Assembly: GCF_036321535.1 (NCBI RefSeq)
Contig: NC_087437.1
Span: 110,548,001-110,612,000 of the forward strand
Direction: 5' to 3'
Length of the DNA: 64,000 nt
Origin: Camelus dromedarius
Lineage: Eukaryota
Shown here: in pieces, positions 13,826-28,330 of the stretch
How positions within the stretch are numbered: position 1 is the stretch's first letter
Layout: the number at the start of each line of letters is the position of its first letter
Notes under the pieces: generated by a model
What the model saw: only the letters and a program-made list of their open reading frames with translations
Told to the model about the DNA's origin: nothing
Database searches by the model: none
Position numbers and translations under genes: made by a program

Positions 13826-15575
13826 AAGAGTGAAGTTCATACAAGTTTCTGCATTGTGTCTACATTAACCTTGTAAGAGTCTGAAGAGAAAGGCCTCCAG
13901 ATGCCCTCTCATCTTGAAGGGGATTCAAAAGCACCAAAAAAGAAAAAGAAACAGTCACACACACAGGATTCATCTATGCACAGTTCATCCCCAATCGGTA
14001 AAGATCATTGCAACAAACAAGCTTGTGTATCTCTCCACCTTGATCCCCACAAAACCTTCTTCATCTGCTCTGTTCATTGTTAATTAGTCTTCTTCCAAAG
14101 AATATCTAAAGGGCCAAAAAAAATTTTTTTAATAAATATTTCAAAGTACAATTGAACAAAGCAACAGATTTTGGGAAAAATAACCCAACATTTGCTCACC
14201 GTGACAGTGGGCTTGCTATTTTTTCAGGATATATTTTTTTTGTTTACATTTTGTTTAGGTTTCCTTACGATTTCATTTTGATGTGTGAGTTCTAGTGTGT
14301 GTTCCCTTAGTTCAGTGACGGGGATGGAGCTAATGAAGGCCAGAATTGTAAATCAGATGGTTTTTCTATAACACATTTGAAGAGTGTGTTGTAACATTTC
14401 TGCGCTAGAATCTGTCTCTCTCTCTTGCCAGCTGTGCCCCTCTCGTGTGTGCCCGAGCAGATCAAATATTTTGTCAGGAAGCACATGAACCACAAAAGCG
14501 TTGACTTTGTCTTGGAGTAGAGATTTTTTCTTTCTCCTTTCCCTGTGACAGCATGAATTGGTACTGCCAGATCATTTATTTTGTTCCTAAAGATATGTTC
14601 ATTTCTTTTTCTATTGCCATAGCAATCTGCTGATTTAACTCATCTGTCTGTAGGAAGTGACTATTTCAGAAATCTGGCACTTTGAACCCAATACCTCTCA
14701 TCAGTTCTACTCTTGGCACAATGTCTGGCTCAGTTAAGTCTACTATTGTTGACAATATTTCCCCCCTGAAAAAAATGACGACCGTCAGGCTACCTAAAAT
14801 TGTATTTGTAATCAACAAACGAATGTTTGAAAGCCTTGCTGTATATTATTTACCTTTAAAAGCCCTTCAAATACAGCCACTCAGAAAGTGCTTACTTAAG
14901 TATCTGCAACTGTTTTATTTAGTAAGAGATAAATTAGAATTTTTAAGTAGAGCAATTATGTATAGACTGCAAAAGTACACTTTTAAATCACTTATATCCT
15001 GATTGTCATATATCATCATGCAAAATTTGGATATGATTCAATCTACAGGTAAAGATGAGAAAAGTTGTCTTGTGGTACCCATGCTCACCTGTAAGTGTTG
15101 TGAATGTTCACATCATGGCTAACATCTGGTCGTATTTTAAACTATATTTCTATTTTTTGTTTCATGGAAGCATTTTACATTATTAAGACTTGCTTAAAAT
15201 AGCCTTTGTTTCTTGATCTGCAAAAATCAGAGCATTGGATTTAAAGTTTGGAGTCATTTTACTTCCTTTATTCTTTTTACTGAGCTGCACACTTATCATC
15301 TTGGGATCCAGTTTTTGCTGTCCTTGTTTTAAAATATCATATTATATTTCTTCAACTAGAATGAAAGTTCCCAGGAGCAAGAGTCATTATATCTGTTTTA
15401 TATCCCCTATAGCAGGGCTACTTAAAATTTAGGTTCTCAAGCTATTCGTTACTCATCCTTGATGAAGTCAGGAGCTTACACCAAAATATAATTCAGTCAC
15501 ATGGTAAATCAACTATGTCACTAAGCCCAGCATTTAGATCAACTAAAGATTTTTTCTTAGCAGGACTTTCTATAG

Positions 15576-16157
15576 ACTATGGATAACAGTATGGAGGTCC
15601 TTAAAACACTAAAAATAGATATGATCCTGCATATACATCCCTAGAAATTTCTGACTCGAAAAGACACATGCACCCTGATGTTCATAGCAGCACTATTTAC
15701 AATAGCCAAGACATGGAAGCAACCTAAATGTCCTTCAACAGATGAATGGATAAAGAAGATATGGTATATATACACAATGGAATAATAGCCATAAAACAGA
15801 ATTATGCAGCAACAGAATTTGCAGCAACATGGATGGACCTAGAGATTATCTTATTAAGTGAAATAAGTCAGGCAGAGAAAGATAAATATCATATGATACA
15901 ATTTATATGTGGAATCCTAAAAAAAAAGATATAAATTCTATTTATAAACCAAAAACAGACTCATGGAAATAGAAAATAAACTACGGTTACAAAAGGGGAA
16001 AGGGCGAGGAGGGATAATTAGGGGTCAGCAATTAGCAGACACACTTTACTGTATATAAAACAGATAAACAACAAGGACCTACTGTATATAGCACAAGGAA
16101 CTATATTCAATTTCTTATAATAACATATGATGGAAAAGAATCTGAAAATAATATACA
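15576..16157 (+). mobile_element. LINE-1 3' fragment (ORF2 end plus 3'UTR lacking its terminus)
   Basis: ATGTTCATAGCAGCACTATTTACAATAGCCAAGACATGG; the translated frame gives FAATWMDLEIILLSEISQAEKDKYHM. Confidence 0.9.
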
Positions 16158-16694
16158 TTACAATAGCCAAGACATGGAACAACCTAAATGTCCAGTGACA
16201 GATGATTGGATAAAGAAGTTGTGGTATACTTATACAATGGAATACTACTCAGCCATAAAGAAGAATAAAATAATGCCATTTGCAGCAACATGGATGGACC
16301 TGGACATTGTCATTCTATGTGAAGTAAGTCAGAAAGAGAAAGAAAAATACCATATGATATCACTTATATGTGGAATCTAAGAAAATGACACAAATGAACT
16401 TATTTACGAAACAGAAACAGACTCACAGACATAGAAAGCAAACATGGTTACCAAGGGAGGAGAAGGTAGAAAGGGATAAATTGGGAGTTCAAGTTTGCAG
16501 ACATTAACAAATATACATAAGATAAACAAGTTTCTACTGTATAGCACAGGAAATTTATTCAATATCCTGTAGTGACCTATAATGAAAAAGAATATGAAAA
16601 GGAATATATGAATGTATATGTATGACTGAAACATTATGCTGTACACCAGAAATTGACACATTGTAAACTGACTATACTTCAATTAAAAAAAAAA
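16158..16694 (+). mobile_element. Second LINE-1 3' fragment with complete 3' end
   Basis: Restarts at TTACAATAGCCAAGACATGG, has an ORF2 C-terminus frame at 16174-16380, and ends ACATTGTAAACTGACTATACTTCAATT plus poly-A. Confidence 0.92.
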
Positions 16695-18556
16695 TCTTTT
16701 CATGGGGAAAAAAAAGAATATTCTTTGAGAGCCCACGTGTCCTGCATCTGCTGAGAGCTGGATCTGATATTAAACCCAGAGATACAACCTCTATACCAAC
16801 ACCCACCCCAGGACCTGGTCTATATGAGCTTCCATAGGCTCTAAAAATAAATAGGACCTCAAATCCCTCACGAGACCTGAAACTGCCCCCCATCAAATAC
16901 TTGCTTAATTCAGGGTGTCCAAAGTCTTACGAAAACTAAGGACATTTGCAGACACGTGAGGCACATACTGGGAAACTAATCATTTAAATGCCTTGTGTAA
17001 TGACCAAGAACTCCACACAACCTAAGATCTACTGTGTGGGGACTGGGGAACATTTCCAGAGAGAGGGTATGAGGTTTTTAATCTTCATTTGCGAATGGTT
17101 CTTTTCTCGTCCTCAGGCAAAGTAAATTTCATCACTGGTTTTGATGTCTTTAGTTTTCCTATTTACCGAGAATTATACCTTCCACTGAGAGACATTGTTC
17201 CAGAGATTACGGTTCCTCATGTATTTCTAAAACATGCTCATTGGCCATCATAGCTATTTCACTGTCACCATTAAAGGGCATTGTTTTGCATTTCTAGAGA
17301 AATCTGAAACCTTTGAGGGTTTCAGTGTCATCAGCTGGCTAGTGCCCTTTGGCCTTCTTAAACAATGAGATGGCTCCTTCTACTTTTCAAATAATGAATG
17401 GAAACAACACGCCCATCTTCAGCAGAGCTGGCATTTCAACACACGAGACCCCAGATTCCTGCCTTTTATTCAGGCAACTCCGTTTTTAATCCTGCTTTAT
17501 AAACCCATACGTCTCTTTTCTTTCCCGCTGATTCTAGATTGCAACTGTGTCTGCTTGCTGGGGTCCTCAAAACACAAATGTAATCATCTCTTCTGTGCCT
17601 TGTTTATATTTGCTTCTTGAGAACTGCAGTCATCCCAAAAAAAGTCTCACCACCTTCTATCTTAAAATCTGGGACTCTGGGCAGTTACTCACCAGTTATG
17701 CACCAGGCACATAAGGAAATAAACAGAGCTTACGGGTAGACTCCCCAGACAGTCAAAGAGAAAAAATTCATTTTAACCGGATTGGCAAACAGTACAATCA
17801 AGATCTCTCTAGGACTTTGTCCCAGACATAAATCAAAACAGCTTTGCAGAAACTGTTTTGAGGAAACCTGAAATGCTTAGTGCCCTAAAGGGAAATTTCC
17901 TAAATCTTACTTCAAAAGAAATAGACAAGCAGGCACAGATATTGTGCTGCGATGATTCGATTAAGAATTGCAACGGACTTAGCCAACATCTCAACAGCGA
18001 GTTCCAGGATTGCCAGATTCTCTGAATTACCTCAACTCAGAGCCAAAACTCCCAGTTTAGGGATGCCAGATGGAGCCTGTGCTCAATATGTAAGCTTTAA
18101 ATCAAACTTTAAAAAGACTGATTCTATTTCATTGTTGGTAGTGTCTGGTTTCCATTTTAGTTTATGCTCCTTGCAAGGTTTCAGCTTCTTTTCTCTACTA
18201 AGTAATCATGAATCACGCTTGTACAGAACAGTATATGTGCTTGAAATCTTTTTTTCTTGTCTGCTTCCCAGTTCTTCCTCCATCGATAAGACGACTGCTC
18301 TCATTCATGTGTCACAGATGAAATTCAGAGAGGTTAAGTGAGGTCTTAAGAAAAGTCCACGGCAGAACACATCCTTTCCACCCTCAGAAGGTGCTGGGAG
18401 GGAGGAAGGTGAGCCCGACTTCTGCTAGATGTTCTGTCAGTCCACCTGGGCTCTCTCATCTGGGTCATGGGACTACCTAGGGACCTGTCACTCAGAGAAT
18501 TGTGCAAAGCCTTGAGGAGTACCCACAGGAAAGGAGACATTTGTTTATTACAATGC

Positions 18557-19078
18557 TGTTAAATATGTGAATCTGATACTTTGACATCTCGGGGTCTTAC
18601 TGACCCTGGAAGCACTGCCTCTCCCAGGGAAATTCCTAAAGATACTAAAAGACTCACCCTGCAAACATGCCTTTCTTTGGCAAACCAACCAATTGATCTC
18701 ATACTCCCAACCACCCCTTTTTTCAGGTTCTGACATTCTGGGGCACTCTCCCCCTGCCCTAATCACACCAGGGCCAGGTACCAAACAACTCAGGAAGCCC
18801 CTATGCCCCAGAGCCCACTGAAATTATTCAACTAGCCAATCCTCAGCCTGCTCACCCTGCCTCACCGTTCCTCCCTGCAGAAGCCACAAGGAAATCTCTT
18901 GTCCATGCTCTCCTCCTGCTCCTTCTGCCTCCAGGCTGACCCTGTTACTTCCCCCTTTAGCCCTGTGGGGCCCCCTCCTCTCGGGAACTATGAGCAACAG
19001 GTGGTCTTTTCAATGGCAGTCACCTCCTGATCTGTTGACCTCATCATACCAGAATAATAAAACCTACACTTTAAAATA
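18557..19078 (+). mobile_element. ERVL solo LTR (MER74-like)
   Basis: GCCCTAATCACACCAGGGCCAGGTACCA, CCCAGAGCCCACTGAAATTATTCAACTAGCCAATCCT and an AATAATAAAACCTACACTTTAAAA end match the remembered MER74 consensus. Confidence 0.82.
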
Positions 19079-19767
19079 AACACTTTTGAAAATAATTAAA
19101 ATAAGCTTGGGCCAGGCAGACAAAAAATTCAGGTAAGAGAGGCAGAACAGTTGTGACTTTAGGGGAGATCCTCTGCCAGGAGGAAATGGATTGATTTCCC
19201 TTCATCAAGCCGGCACTCCAGCAAGTTCCCAACGACCCTAACATCTGCTCTAGCCCTCCCAAACCTGCGCCAAGTCATCACAACTGCAATCCACGCGATT
19301 GCCAACGCGGAAGGCTGTCTGCTCAGGTGGACTCATCCCTCCAAGCTGAAGAAGCAACCAAAAGCGGAGCAGAACTGGCCCAGCTGATGATGAATGTCTG
19401 AATGAAGAAATCACAGCAGTCCTCCTCTAACCCAGCCCCACACACTCTCCCACCGTCAAGTTGGTCCATCAGTTCAGGGCTTGCTGAGGGAAGGGACTGG
19501 TTAGAAGGCAGCTTAAATTCCAGTACAACACATTTGCCTTGTAGTGGGCGCATGGCACATCTGCCCTCATTTGTTAGGCCTGTACTGGGGATAATTTGGG
19601 AACTGGAACAAGCTTTTGAGATTTATTCTGAAGCTGGGAGTGGGAGGTAGGGCTGGAACCAGCTTTTTTTTTTTTTTTTTCTCTACCTGTGGTTTTCTCA
19701 AGGTTCTTTTACATAAGACAACCAGAGAAAAGAAAAAGCTCCCGTCTATAACAACTTCTTCATCCAG

Positions 19768-20161
19768 ATTCTAAATGAAGTAAGGCAGAAAGAGAAAAAA
19801 ATATATATCATTTGATATCACTTATACATGGAATTTAAAGGAAAAAGACACAAATGAACTTATTTACAAAACAGAAACAGACTCACAATCATAAAAAACA
19901 AACGTATGGTTACCAGGAGAAGAGGGTGGGAAGGGATAATTTGGGAGTTGGAGATTTGCAGATACTAACTACTATATGTAAAATAAACAGCAAGTTTATA
20001 CTGTATAGTACAGGGAACTATATTCGATATCTTGTAGTAACCTGTGATGAAAAAGAATATGAAAAAGAATATATGTACGTATGTGTATGACTGAAACATT
20101 AGCTGTACACCAGAAATTGACACCACATTGTAAACTGACTATACTTCAATTTTAAAAAAAA
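19768..20161 (+). mobile_element. LINE-1 3' end fragment
   Basis: Same 3'UTR type as 16158-16694 (GTATGACTGAAACATT...GCTGTACACCAGAAATTGACA...ATACTTCAATT plus A tail). Confidence 0.9.
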
Positions 20162-21259
20162 GTTCCCATATATTTGAAATGCAATCTGCTTGTTCGAGAT
20201 TGGTTTTAAGGTACTATATTTCTCTTCTTATTTCAAATAGCAGATAAAAATGGAAAACTGTTAGCTAGTCTGAGAATCATAATTATCAATTTGAATTCCT
20301 ATTGCGAATGCTTGCAACCACAGTGAAGTGATTTATCATCAAATGCATCTCAGGGTTTTAATTGTGTGCACTTGAATGTATTTGCATATTCTCAGCACAC
20401 TTCCTCATTTTAATTCCTGATAAAGCACTTCAAAAGAAACGAGGCTCTGTCAGTTCAAAAACATATTGTTCTTGCATATCTCTAAAAATGATGGGTAATT
20501 GCTATCATATTCTGAATATGTTTAGGATTAAAGGGAACCTGAATTTTATAAAGTGGTGCCACAAAACAGATTTCAAAAACGCTGGTTGAGGTATCCAATG
20601 TTTAATGTTATTCACATGCACATGCTATAATGTTAGTTAATGGTTTCTTGTGTGGCAGTTGAAACTGGGGCAGCAGTATTTCCCTTGAAAGTGAAACTTT
20701 CTAAAAGCCCATCTCCTTCCTGCCTCCTTAAGGAGCCAAGAAACTACAAAGGGGAAGGAAAATGCTGACAGGACTCTTCAGACTAATAAGACATTAACCA
20801 AGTGGGTCCTTTTCTGTGGCTCCTTCCCTCATCTTCCTCCCATCGCTGACTCATGGCCTCCAGCATCACATTTTTCCTCTTGAGGGACAAAAAGGCTCAG
20901 AGAGTCATGAACCAGTTAATGCACCACATATGAAAAGAAGCGATACGAAATATATTTAATGACTCCAACAAAAGGAATACAAACTCAACTTCCTCACCAC
21001 CAAAACAAAAAACAAAAAAAAACCACCAAAGCTAATAATTTGCATACATGCTGCTGGCATTATTTACACATTCCACTCATCTAATGCTTTCTTTTATTTG
21101 TAAACCTAAAACACATATTAATATACATTCCTAGACAATAGAAAGATCTTTGGCAGAGCTAAAGTTGTTCATTGAAAATTAACTCTAATCTAGCCATATG
21201 TATTTACTCAATTCTCCCAGGTAGCAATGTCAAAGAAGGTTTGAGATGCAACAAAACAC

Positions 21260-23045
21260 TAAGTAACATAGCTTTAAAGCATTTAAAGCAAAAATGGACA
21301 GGAATATAGGGAAAATATGCAATTATAGTGCAATATTTTAGCATACTTTTCCCAAGAATAAGTCAAACACAAAAAAAAATTGGTAAGGATATAGATTCAA
21401 ACAATACACAAAATATTGTATCATATACATTATCTAATATACTATGTCCTCAGAATACACATTCTTCTCAAGTACATGAAACATATTTATAAAAGTGGGT
21501 GACTTAGTAAATTCCTAAAAAATGTCAAATATGCAACTTATCAAAAGAAAATTTCAAAATATATATGGAAAATCCTAGGGCCAGGAATAACCAAGACATT
21601 ATAAAAGAATAAAAAGTTAGTGAAACTTGCTTTATCAGATTTTAAAAATTCTTATAAAGCTTTGACAATTATGATACTACCATTTTGTCATAGGGAAAGG
21701 CAAATAGATGAATAAAACATATTAGAGAGTTCAAAACAGACCTGAAATTTGATTTATGGCAGGGTAGGCATTGCACAGTGGGGAAGAATAGACTTTTAAT
21801 ACACATATCTGAAATAATTGTTATTGCTGTGGAAAAACGAAATCAAAGCCCTACTTTACCTCATGCAAAAAATAATAATAATAAAGAAGAAAATCCAGGT
21901 GGACTAGAGACCTAAATATGAAGAACAAAACTATGAACTTTCTAGGCATAACAAAGGACAACATTTTTGTAACATTAGGGATAAGGAAAAATTTCTTAAG
22001 CAAGATACAAAAACTATGAATAATAGAAGAAGATATGGGTAAATTAGCTAAAGCAAAAATAAGACCCTTTATTCACCAAAAAATATAAAAAAAAAAAGTA
22101 AAAATGTAAGCTACAAACTGGTAGAACATGTTTGCCATATGTATTATTAACAAGGGAATAGTATCTAGAGTATATAAAGAATCTCTGTGAATCAGCAAGG
22201 AAAAACAAAGGACGGATAGAAAACTGAAACAAAGTATTTGAACAGCTCTTCAGGGAAGAGTATATCCAAAGGTCCAAACAAATATAAGCAAGATTTCAGC
22301 CTTGTTAGTCATCAAGAAAATGAAAATTCAAACCACAATGAGGTAGTACATATACAACTTCCAAATTGGCAAAGGTTAAGAATCCTGGCAAAATCTAAAG
22401 CTGGCAAAGATGTGGGGTTACTCCTCTGGTGGGATTATAAATTAAGACTCTATCTCTGAAAACTTTGAAACCGCATCTTTGAAAATTGCATCACCTAGCA
22501 AGGACCCCTAGAAGACAAGTGCATATCCATAACAGCATTTTTTGTCATACAAAGAAAAATAGAAAAAAAAACCCAAATGTTCCTCAATTGTAGAAGAGAT
22601 AAACTACATGATAGTCTTTACAAGGAAACACTGTATTCTTGTGAAAATTAATGAATTTCCTGTATATGTAAAAACATAGATAAATCTCAGGAACATAATG
22701 TTGAACTAAAAAAGCAAGTAGCATAAGACAGAAACTATTTTTGCTTATATTAAGTTCAAAAACATGCAACACAGAACAATATATTATTTAGGGAATTACC
22801 ATCTGGGAAAACTAAACAGAGAGAGAAAAAGAGAAACAGAGAGAGAGAGAATGATAAACATAAATTTCAGTGGTTTTCTCTGAGCAGAGTGGGATAGGGC
22901 TGGGACAGGGACTTCAAAGATAGCAGTCATTATTTTTGGTGGTGGTAACTGGGCAGATTACTTCAATCTTGTGTTGTTAGTCTTTATGTTTTGTGTATAT
23001 TTTATAAGTATTTTTATCTCAATACTTAATAACATTTTTAAAGAA
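21260..23045 (+). mobile_element. Ancient LINE-1 (L1ME-like) with internal deletion
   Basis: An endonuclease-region relic (AGAATACACATTCTTCTCAAGTACATG) is joined to ORF2 3' relics (TTTCAAAATATATATGGAAA, AGACCTAAATATGA) and an L1ME-type 3'UTR (GATAAATCTCAGGAACATAATGTTGA). Confidence 0.78.
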
Positions 23046-24657
23046 TGATCTTTAAGAATTAGTTCTCAAGTATTGATGGAAAAGATAGATGGAGAGAGCT
23101 GAAACATGAATATTCTGGCTGAAATTTGGCAGGATGATCAAAAGAGTCATCTGTAGACCCTCAGCCTTGGAAGCAAGAGGTGGGACAGAGCATTGAAAAC
23201 CAGGAGGGAGGCTCAGATGTATGAACATGGGCTGGGGATCCAGTTACTAGCATGTGGTTATAGGAAAGGGTTGGATGACTAAGAACTAAGCCAAAACCCA
23301 ACCAGGGTTCAAAACTCCAAGTGGGGCAGTATCAAAACTGAGCCACATGAGCTACTGTTTGGGTTCCTCCTATCAAGAAAGAGCATGGATTTCAGAGCTG
23401 GTATCCAGGGTTGAATGCAAGGGAGAAGCTAAGAGAATCCAGCTGTGAGAATGAGAAGGCTGCAAAGATGGGAGGTTAAGCAGGTCTTTATATCATCTTC
23501 CAAAAAAAAAAAAAAAAAAGGATTTTCTTATTTTCTTCTCATTTCACAAGTAGAGATACTGAAAAAAGTTAAAGCGACTTCTCTCATTTTATCATCATTT
23601 TGGAACCAGAAATAGAATCCACCTGTCTTAACTGCTTTTGTTGGTGCCATCACTAACCTAGGATTCTTCATTCATAAATGACTTAGTGTCTATACACAGG
23701 CTTCAGAGGAGACTGACTATGATTCACAGGCCAAGGTGTTTCGGGCAAAGTTTTATTTCCTTGTTTTCATGATTCCCATCTTTTTTATGCTCTGAAGACA
23801 GCAGCTGTGCCAGACAGTAGTCAACAGAAAAAGAAAAGAACTCATTTATAAAGCAGAAGACAAAAATAGTTTGCCCAGCATTTATACTGTGCTCTTTGGG
23901 GCTCAGGGTCAAAGAGTTCGGTTTGAGTTTTCTTTAGTAACCTAAACTTAGTTGCTTTCTTTTCCTACATCAAAATGATTTTCAACGTCTATTCATATAA
24001 CAATGGATGTGAGGCTCTATCAAATGCCAACCAGTTGGAGCACCACTGAAGTGGAAATGGCATGGTTTAAACAAATCAAGAGAATATCACTGAGGTCACT
24101 AAAAGACATTTTGCTGGCAAAATCCAAGAGGCTGGGATAATGAAATGTGTCTAAAAGTGAGAGTAGAAAAACAAACTATAAAAATTTCCCTATGTAAATG
24201 TCACGACTGCCTCAGACATTAAATCTACCTTAAGAGGAAATTTTGCCCCAAAGAGTAAGATTTAGGAATCATGCTTCCTAAAGGGAAGAAGATACTTTTT
24301 AACAAATAAAAGCACATTGAAACAACCCAGATCTACCACTAGTTTTCTAGGTACCATTACACAAGTCTTCTGACCTCTGAGCTCTGTTTCCTAGCTGGCA
24401 AATGGGCTCAGAGACACCATTCCAGGTTCCCCCAAAGAGAAATATGTCTGAAAGTGCCTCACTGAGAATAAAGAGTCATTCCAATATGTCTCTGAAGTGG
24501 AGCTGGAATTGGTTTCCATGAAATTTTCTCATGCTAACGTTAGGGGAACGTGAAGAAATTTCAGTAGAAGATAGGGCAGCACTTTTGATTCACAATCGAC
24601 GGATCAGATTAGCCAAGGAAGGTAGACTGATGGATTTTTTTTTGAAATCTGAGCGGA

Positions 24658-25220
24658 TACATTAGTTTTCTATTACTGTATAACAAATTGCTCCAATTTT
24701 AGCAGTTTAACAACACATTTTATTATCTCACAACTCTGTATGTCAGAAATCCAGTGAGCTTGACCGGATTCTCTACTTAGATTTCACAAGACCAAAGTCA
24801 GCCAGGTTGAGCTGTAGTCTGGAGGCTCTGGAGATGAATCGAATCCCAAGCTCATTCAGGTGGTGGCTGTAGGTCCGAGGCGCCCGTTTCCTGGCTGGCT
24901 GTTAATTAAGGGCCGCTCTCTGCTCTTAGTGGGTGCCCCCAGTGCTTCACATGTGGCCCCCTGCATCTCAAAAGCCAGGGACTGTGTGTTGAATCTCTTT
25001 CATGCTTTGAGTCTCAGACTTCCTCTTCTGCTACCAGTCAGGAAACCTCTCTGCTTTCCAGGAGTCATGGGATTAGTCAAGCCCACTCAAATAATCATGA
25101 GGTTAACCATGTCACAACATAACACAATCATGGGAGTGATATGTCTTCATATTCTCAGCTTCCATGGATTCAGGGAAGAACATTTTTGTGGAGGCCACTG
25201 TAGAAAGTCTGTCTATCACA
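24658..25220 (-). mobile_element. MaLR solo LTR (MLT1E-like)
   Basis: ATTAGTTTTCTATTACTGTATAACAAATT...TATTATCTCACA...CCAAGCTCATTCAGGT...ATCATGGGAGTGATAT. Confidence 0.8.
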
Positions 25221-25929
25221 GAGGAAGTAGGGGATAAAAGTCAGGACCATGGGTTTTGGTGACACTGACTTGGTTTCAAATTCTAGCACTGTAATTTGAC
25301 TGGATCTGGGTTTAAAATCAGTTAAGTTGCTAAACCTCTTTAAGTTTTACTTTCTTTAGATTGCAGTCTACTTAGGAGCAGGGAGTTCCAATAACCACTT
25401 CCCATATGCTTTGCACAGTGTCTAGAATATGTCAGTGTTCAATAATATTTGAATGAATGATTGAATGGTAGCTAACACTGAAAGTCAACTCCAACACACA
25501 CCATAAAACTATATTTGGCCCCATATTGCTATTTTATTTTTTTCATTGACTTGAGTCAATGAATTGAGCCAAACTGACTTGGATCAAAGAATAAGGACAT
25601 CTAAGAAATGCACATTAAAGAAGTAAGTGAAACCAAGCTGGACCTAAGTTTGAGCAACAGAACCCAAGATTTTGCCATCACGTTTACATTTGGGTGAAAC
25701 CAACAAATTAAAGTGAAGCAAAGGGCCCCTGAGATGTGCAAAACAATCTTGTTCTGGCTGAGGAAAGCAGTCATAGCAGAGACCACTGATTCACCCTATG
25801 CTGGGCACACAGAGACATATGGCTGAGTGCACATCAATGGGAAAAGGAACAGAGTTGATATGTTACATCCCATCCAGAGCAGTTAAGAGCAGGTATGATT
25901 TCTTATGTTCTCTCCTCTCCCTTCAGCAT

Positions 25930-26116
25930 GACTAGGACAATTAGATACAGGATGGAAGAGGCTCAGATCCCTAAGCCACTCAGGAAACCACAAGGAGAGC
26001 TGCCTGACCTGTATAATACAGAGACAAAACTCATAAATAAACCCTACTGGATTAAGCCACTGAGAGTTGAGGGTATATTTGTTACTGCAGCATAGTCTAG
26101 CTGTCCTGCCTAATAC
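25930..26116 (+). mobile_element. MaLR LTR 3' part (MLT1H/I-like)
   Basis: AATAAACCCTACTGGATTAAGCCACTGAGA...TTTGTTACTGCAGCATAGTCTAGC...CTAATACA terminus. Confidence 0.72.
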
Positions 26117-27809
26117 ACTCTTCCCAGTCATAAATACAAATATTGCTTGATTTGAAGTCAACTGGGATTTAATGGTCTTACCATAAATTTGACATTAGAG
26201 AGAACCTAGTAAACGTTTTCTTCTCTAATTATAAGTTTATCACTTATAGTCCAAATAGATAAGAAAATAACCAATAAATCAAGGCATTTACAGAATGTAT
26301 AGTTTCTCTTTTTTTACTACTTCTAACCATTTCTAGATAGTAGTCAGCCAGCATTTAATGAGAAACACTAGTTCTCAAGCAATGCTGAAAAATTATTCCT
26401 AACAGATGGTCTGAAATTTATGATAGCCTAGATGGTTAATGCTAATTTGGATTTGAGCATGAAAAGGTGGTTTTAAAGCCTCAGCCTTAGCCTTGAGTGG
26501 TGGCATGGATGCTGCCCCTTCTGGGGGCATCAGATCTTTGAAGCCTTCCTTTCAAGTATGACGTGAGCTTGGCATACTACTTAGCTGGTGAGCTGGAAAT
26601 GAATGTGCAGTTTCTCCTAAGCCTTGAAAGTTTAATCCATCTCATGTGAGATAAATCTCAGCAACCATTCAGGGAAAGTTGAATTTAGTGAGAGGTTCAT
26701 GTATGGTATATTTTTTCTGTCAAGTAGAAGATACTAGTCAGCAGTGGGGTCATAAAAGCACCTGCCTGGCCAAGATTTGTGCCGATCTCCAAGTTCAACA
26801 GCCCTCGGGAGTAACTCTTGGTTACCAAGCCATTGTTTTCCCATATACGTTTTTCAGACATACTCAACAGCATAAGGAATGTTGATAGCCACATCAATTT
26901 TGTTAAAGCTCAGATCAGCTATCCCAAACCCATCAGGCACACCGTTGAAATAGTGAAGGCTTTATGTGGAAATCACTAATACTGTTACCTAACTGAAATA
27001 CCTTTCAGTAACACAAGAACATTACAGCTTTACTTTTCCAAACCTCTCTAATAGAGTAAACAAATTAATTCAAGGAATGGCAAACACCATTTTATCTAAT
27101 ATGTTGGTATCTTTCACATCAGGATAACAATTTTTCTAACACAATATCAAAGAATAATGAGCCCACTACATAATTTTCAAAAATCATTCGAGAACAACTT
27201 TTACACATCAAAATTCCAAATGAAGTCCTATTACTCTTCTTTCTAGAATTATTTTTTAGATTTTTTTCTCTGCTAATAATACCCATTCCCAACTTTTATC
27301 ACCAGCAGAACACTAGTGCATGCCTTTATATGGCAAATATAGTCAGCATTCATTGAGCAGAACGTACTTGCAATATAAACTAAAAAGAGAAACCAATAGG
27401 TAAGCAAGTTTTTTTTTTAATTCAGGGGCTTCACTTCATTTTCTTTGTGGTTACTGTTCAGCTTTTTGTCTTATTCCTTCAGGTGTGATTAGTTCTGAGA
27501 CTACAGATTCTAATAACGTATAGATAACCTCATGTTGGAGCATCAGTTGGGTAATCAGGAAAAACTTCCCTAATTCTCTCCTAGATTTTAGAGCAGAAAC
27601 TCATCACCCCCTTCTCATGTCTCCCTCCTAGAGATGATTAGATTTGGAGTGTCTTAACACTAAAAGCAATGTGCTATTCATCTGAAACTCCCATATTTCC
27701 TAGTCTGTAAGGATACAAGTTAAGTACCTAAAAATAAGTTTGGTAAATAATTTGAACTATCTGTTCTTAGAGGACTCTGTTTAAATCATGCAGTGTTATC
27801 AATTTGAAA

Positions 27810-28330
27810 CTGTTTTTAATTAGAATATACATGCAGAAGAATATACACACAAAAAAAATAAGTTAGCCCAATGACATTGCAAAACACATGGGTCAAAAAT
27901 GCAATATTTCCAGCACCTCAGATGCACCCCACCCCTGACCTCAGGCTCTTTCTCAGATACTACCTCCTCAGAGGTAACCACTATCCTGACTGCTAACCCT
28001 ATGTTCTAGATTCTTCTATCTAGAAACATAAATAAATAGGCTTATATCGCATTCTGTTATGGCTGGGTTCTCTCACCCAACATTGTGGTTGTGAGGTTTA
28101 TCCAGATGGTTGCACGGAGCTCCAGGACGTGCAGCAACCTCTAGATGTCACTCTGAATTGGTGATTGCCATTGCTGTGTAGTATTCCATTGTAAGAATAT
28201 ACTACAATTTATTTTTCCATTCTGCTGTTGATAAACATTTGGGTGGGTTCCCATGAGCACACATTTGCCAGTTACATATGTTGCAGATATTTCCCCACCC
28301 TATGTCTTGCCTCAACAGCAACAATTTTTA
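27810..28330 (-). mobile_element. Ancient LINE-1 3' end (L1ME-like)
   Basis: CAGAGGTAACCACTATCCTGACT, GTATTCCATTGTAAGAATATACTACAATTTATT and GATAAACATTTGGG match an L1ME 3' end in reverse. Confidence 0.72.
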
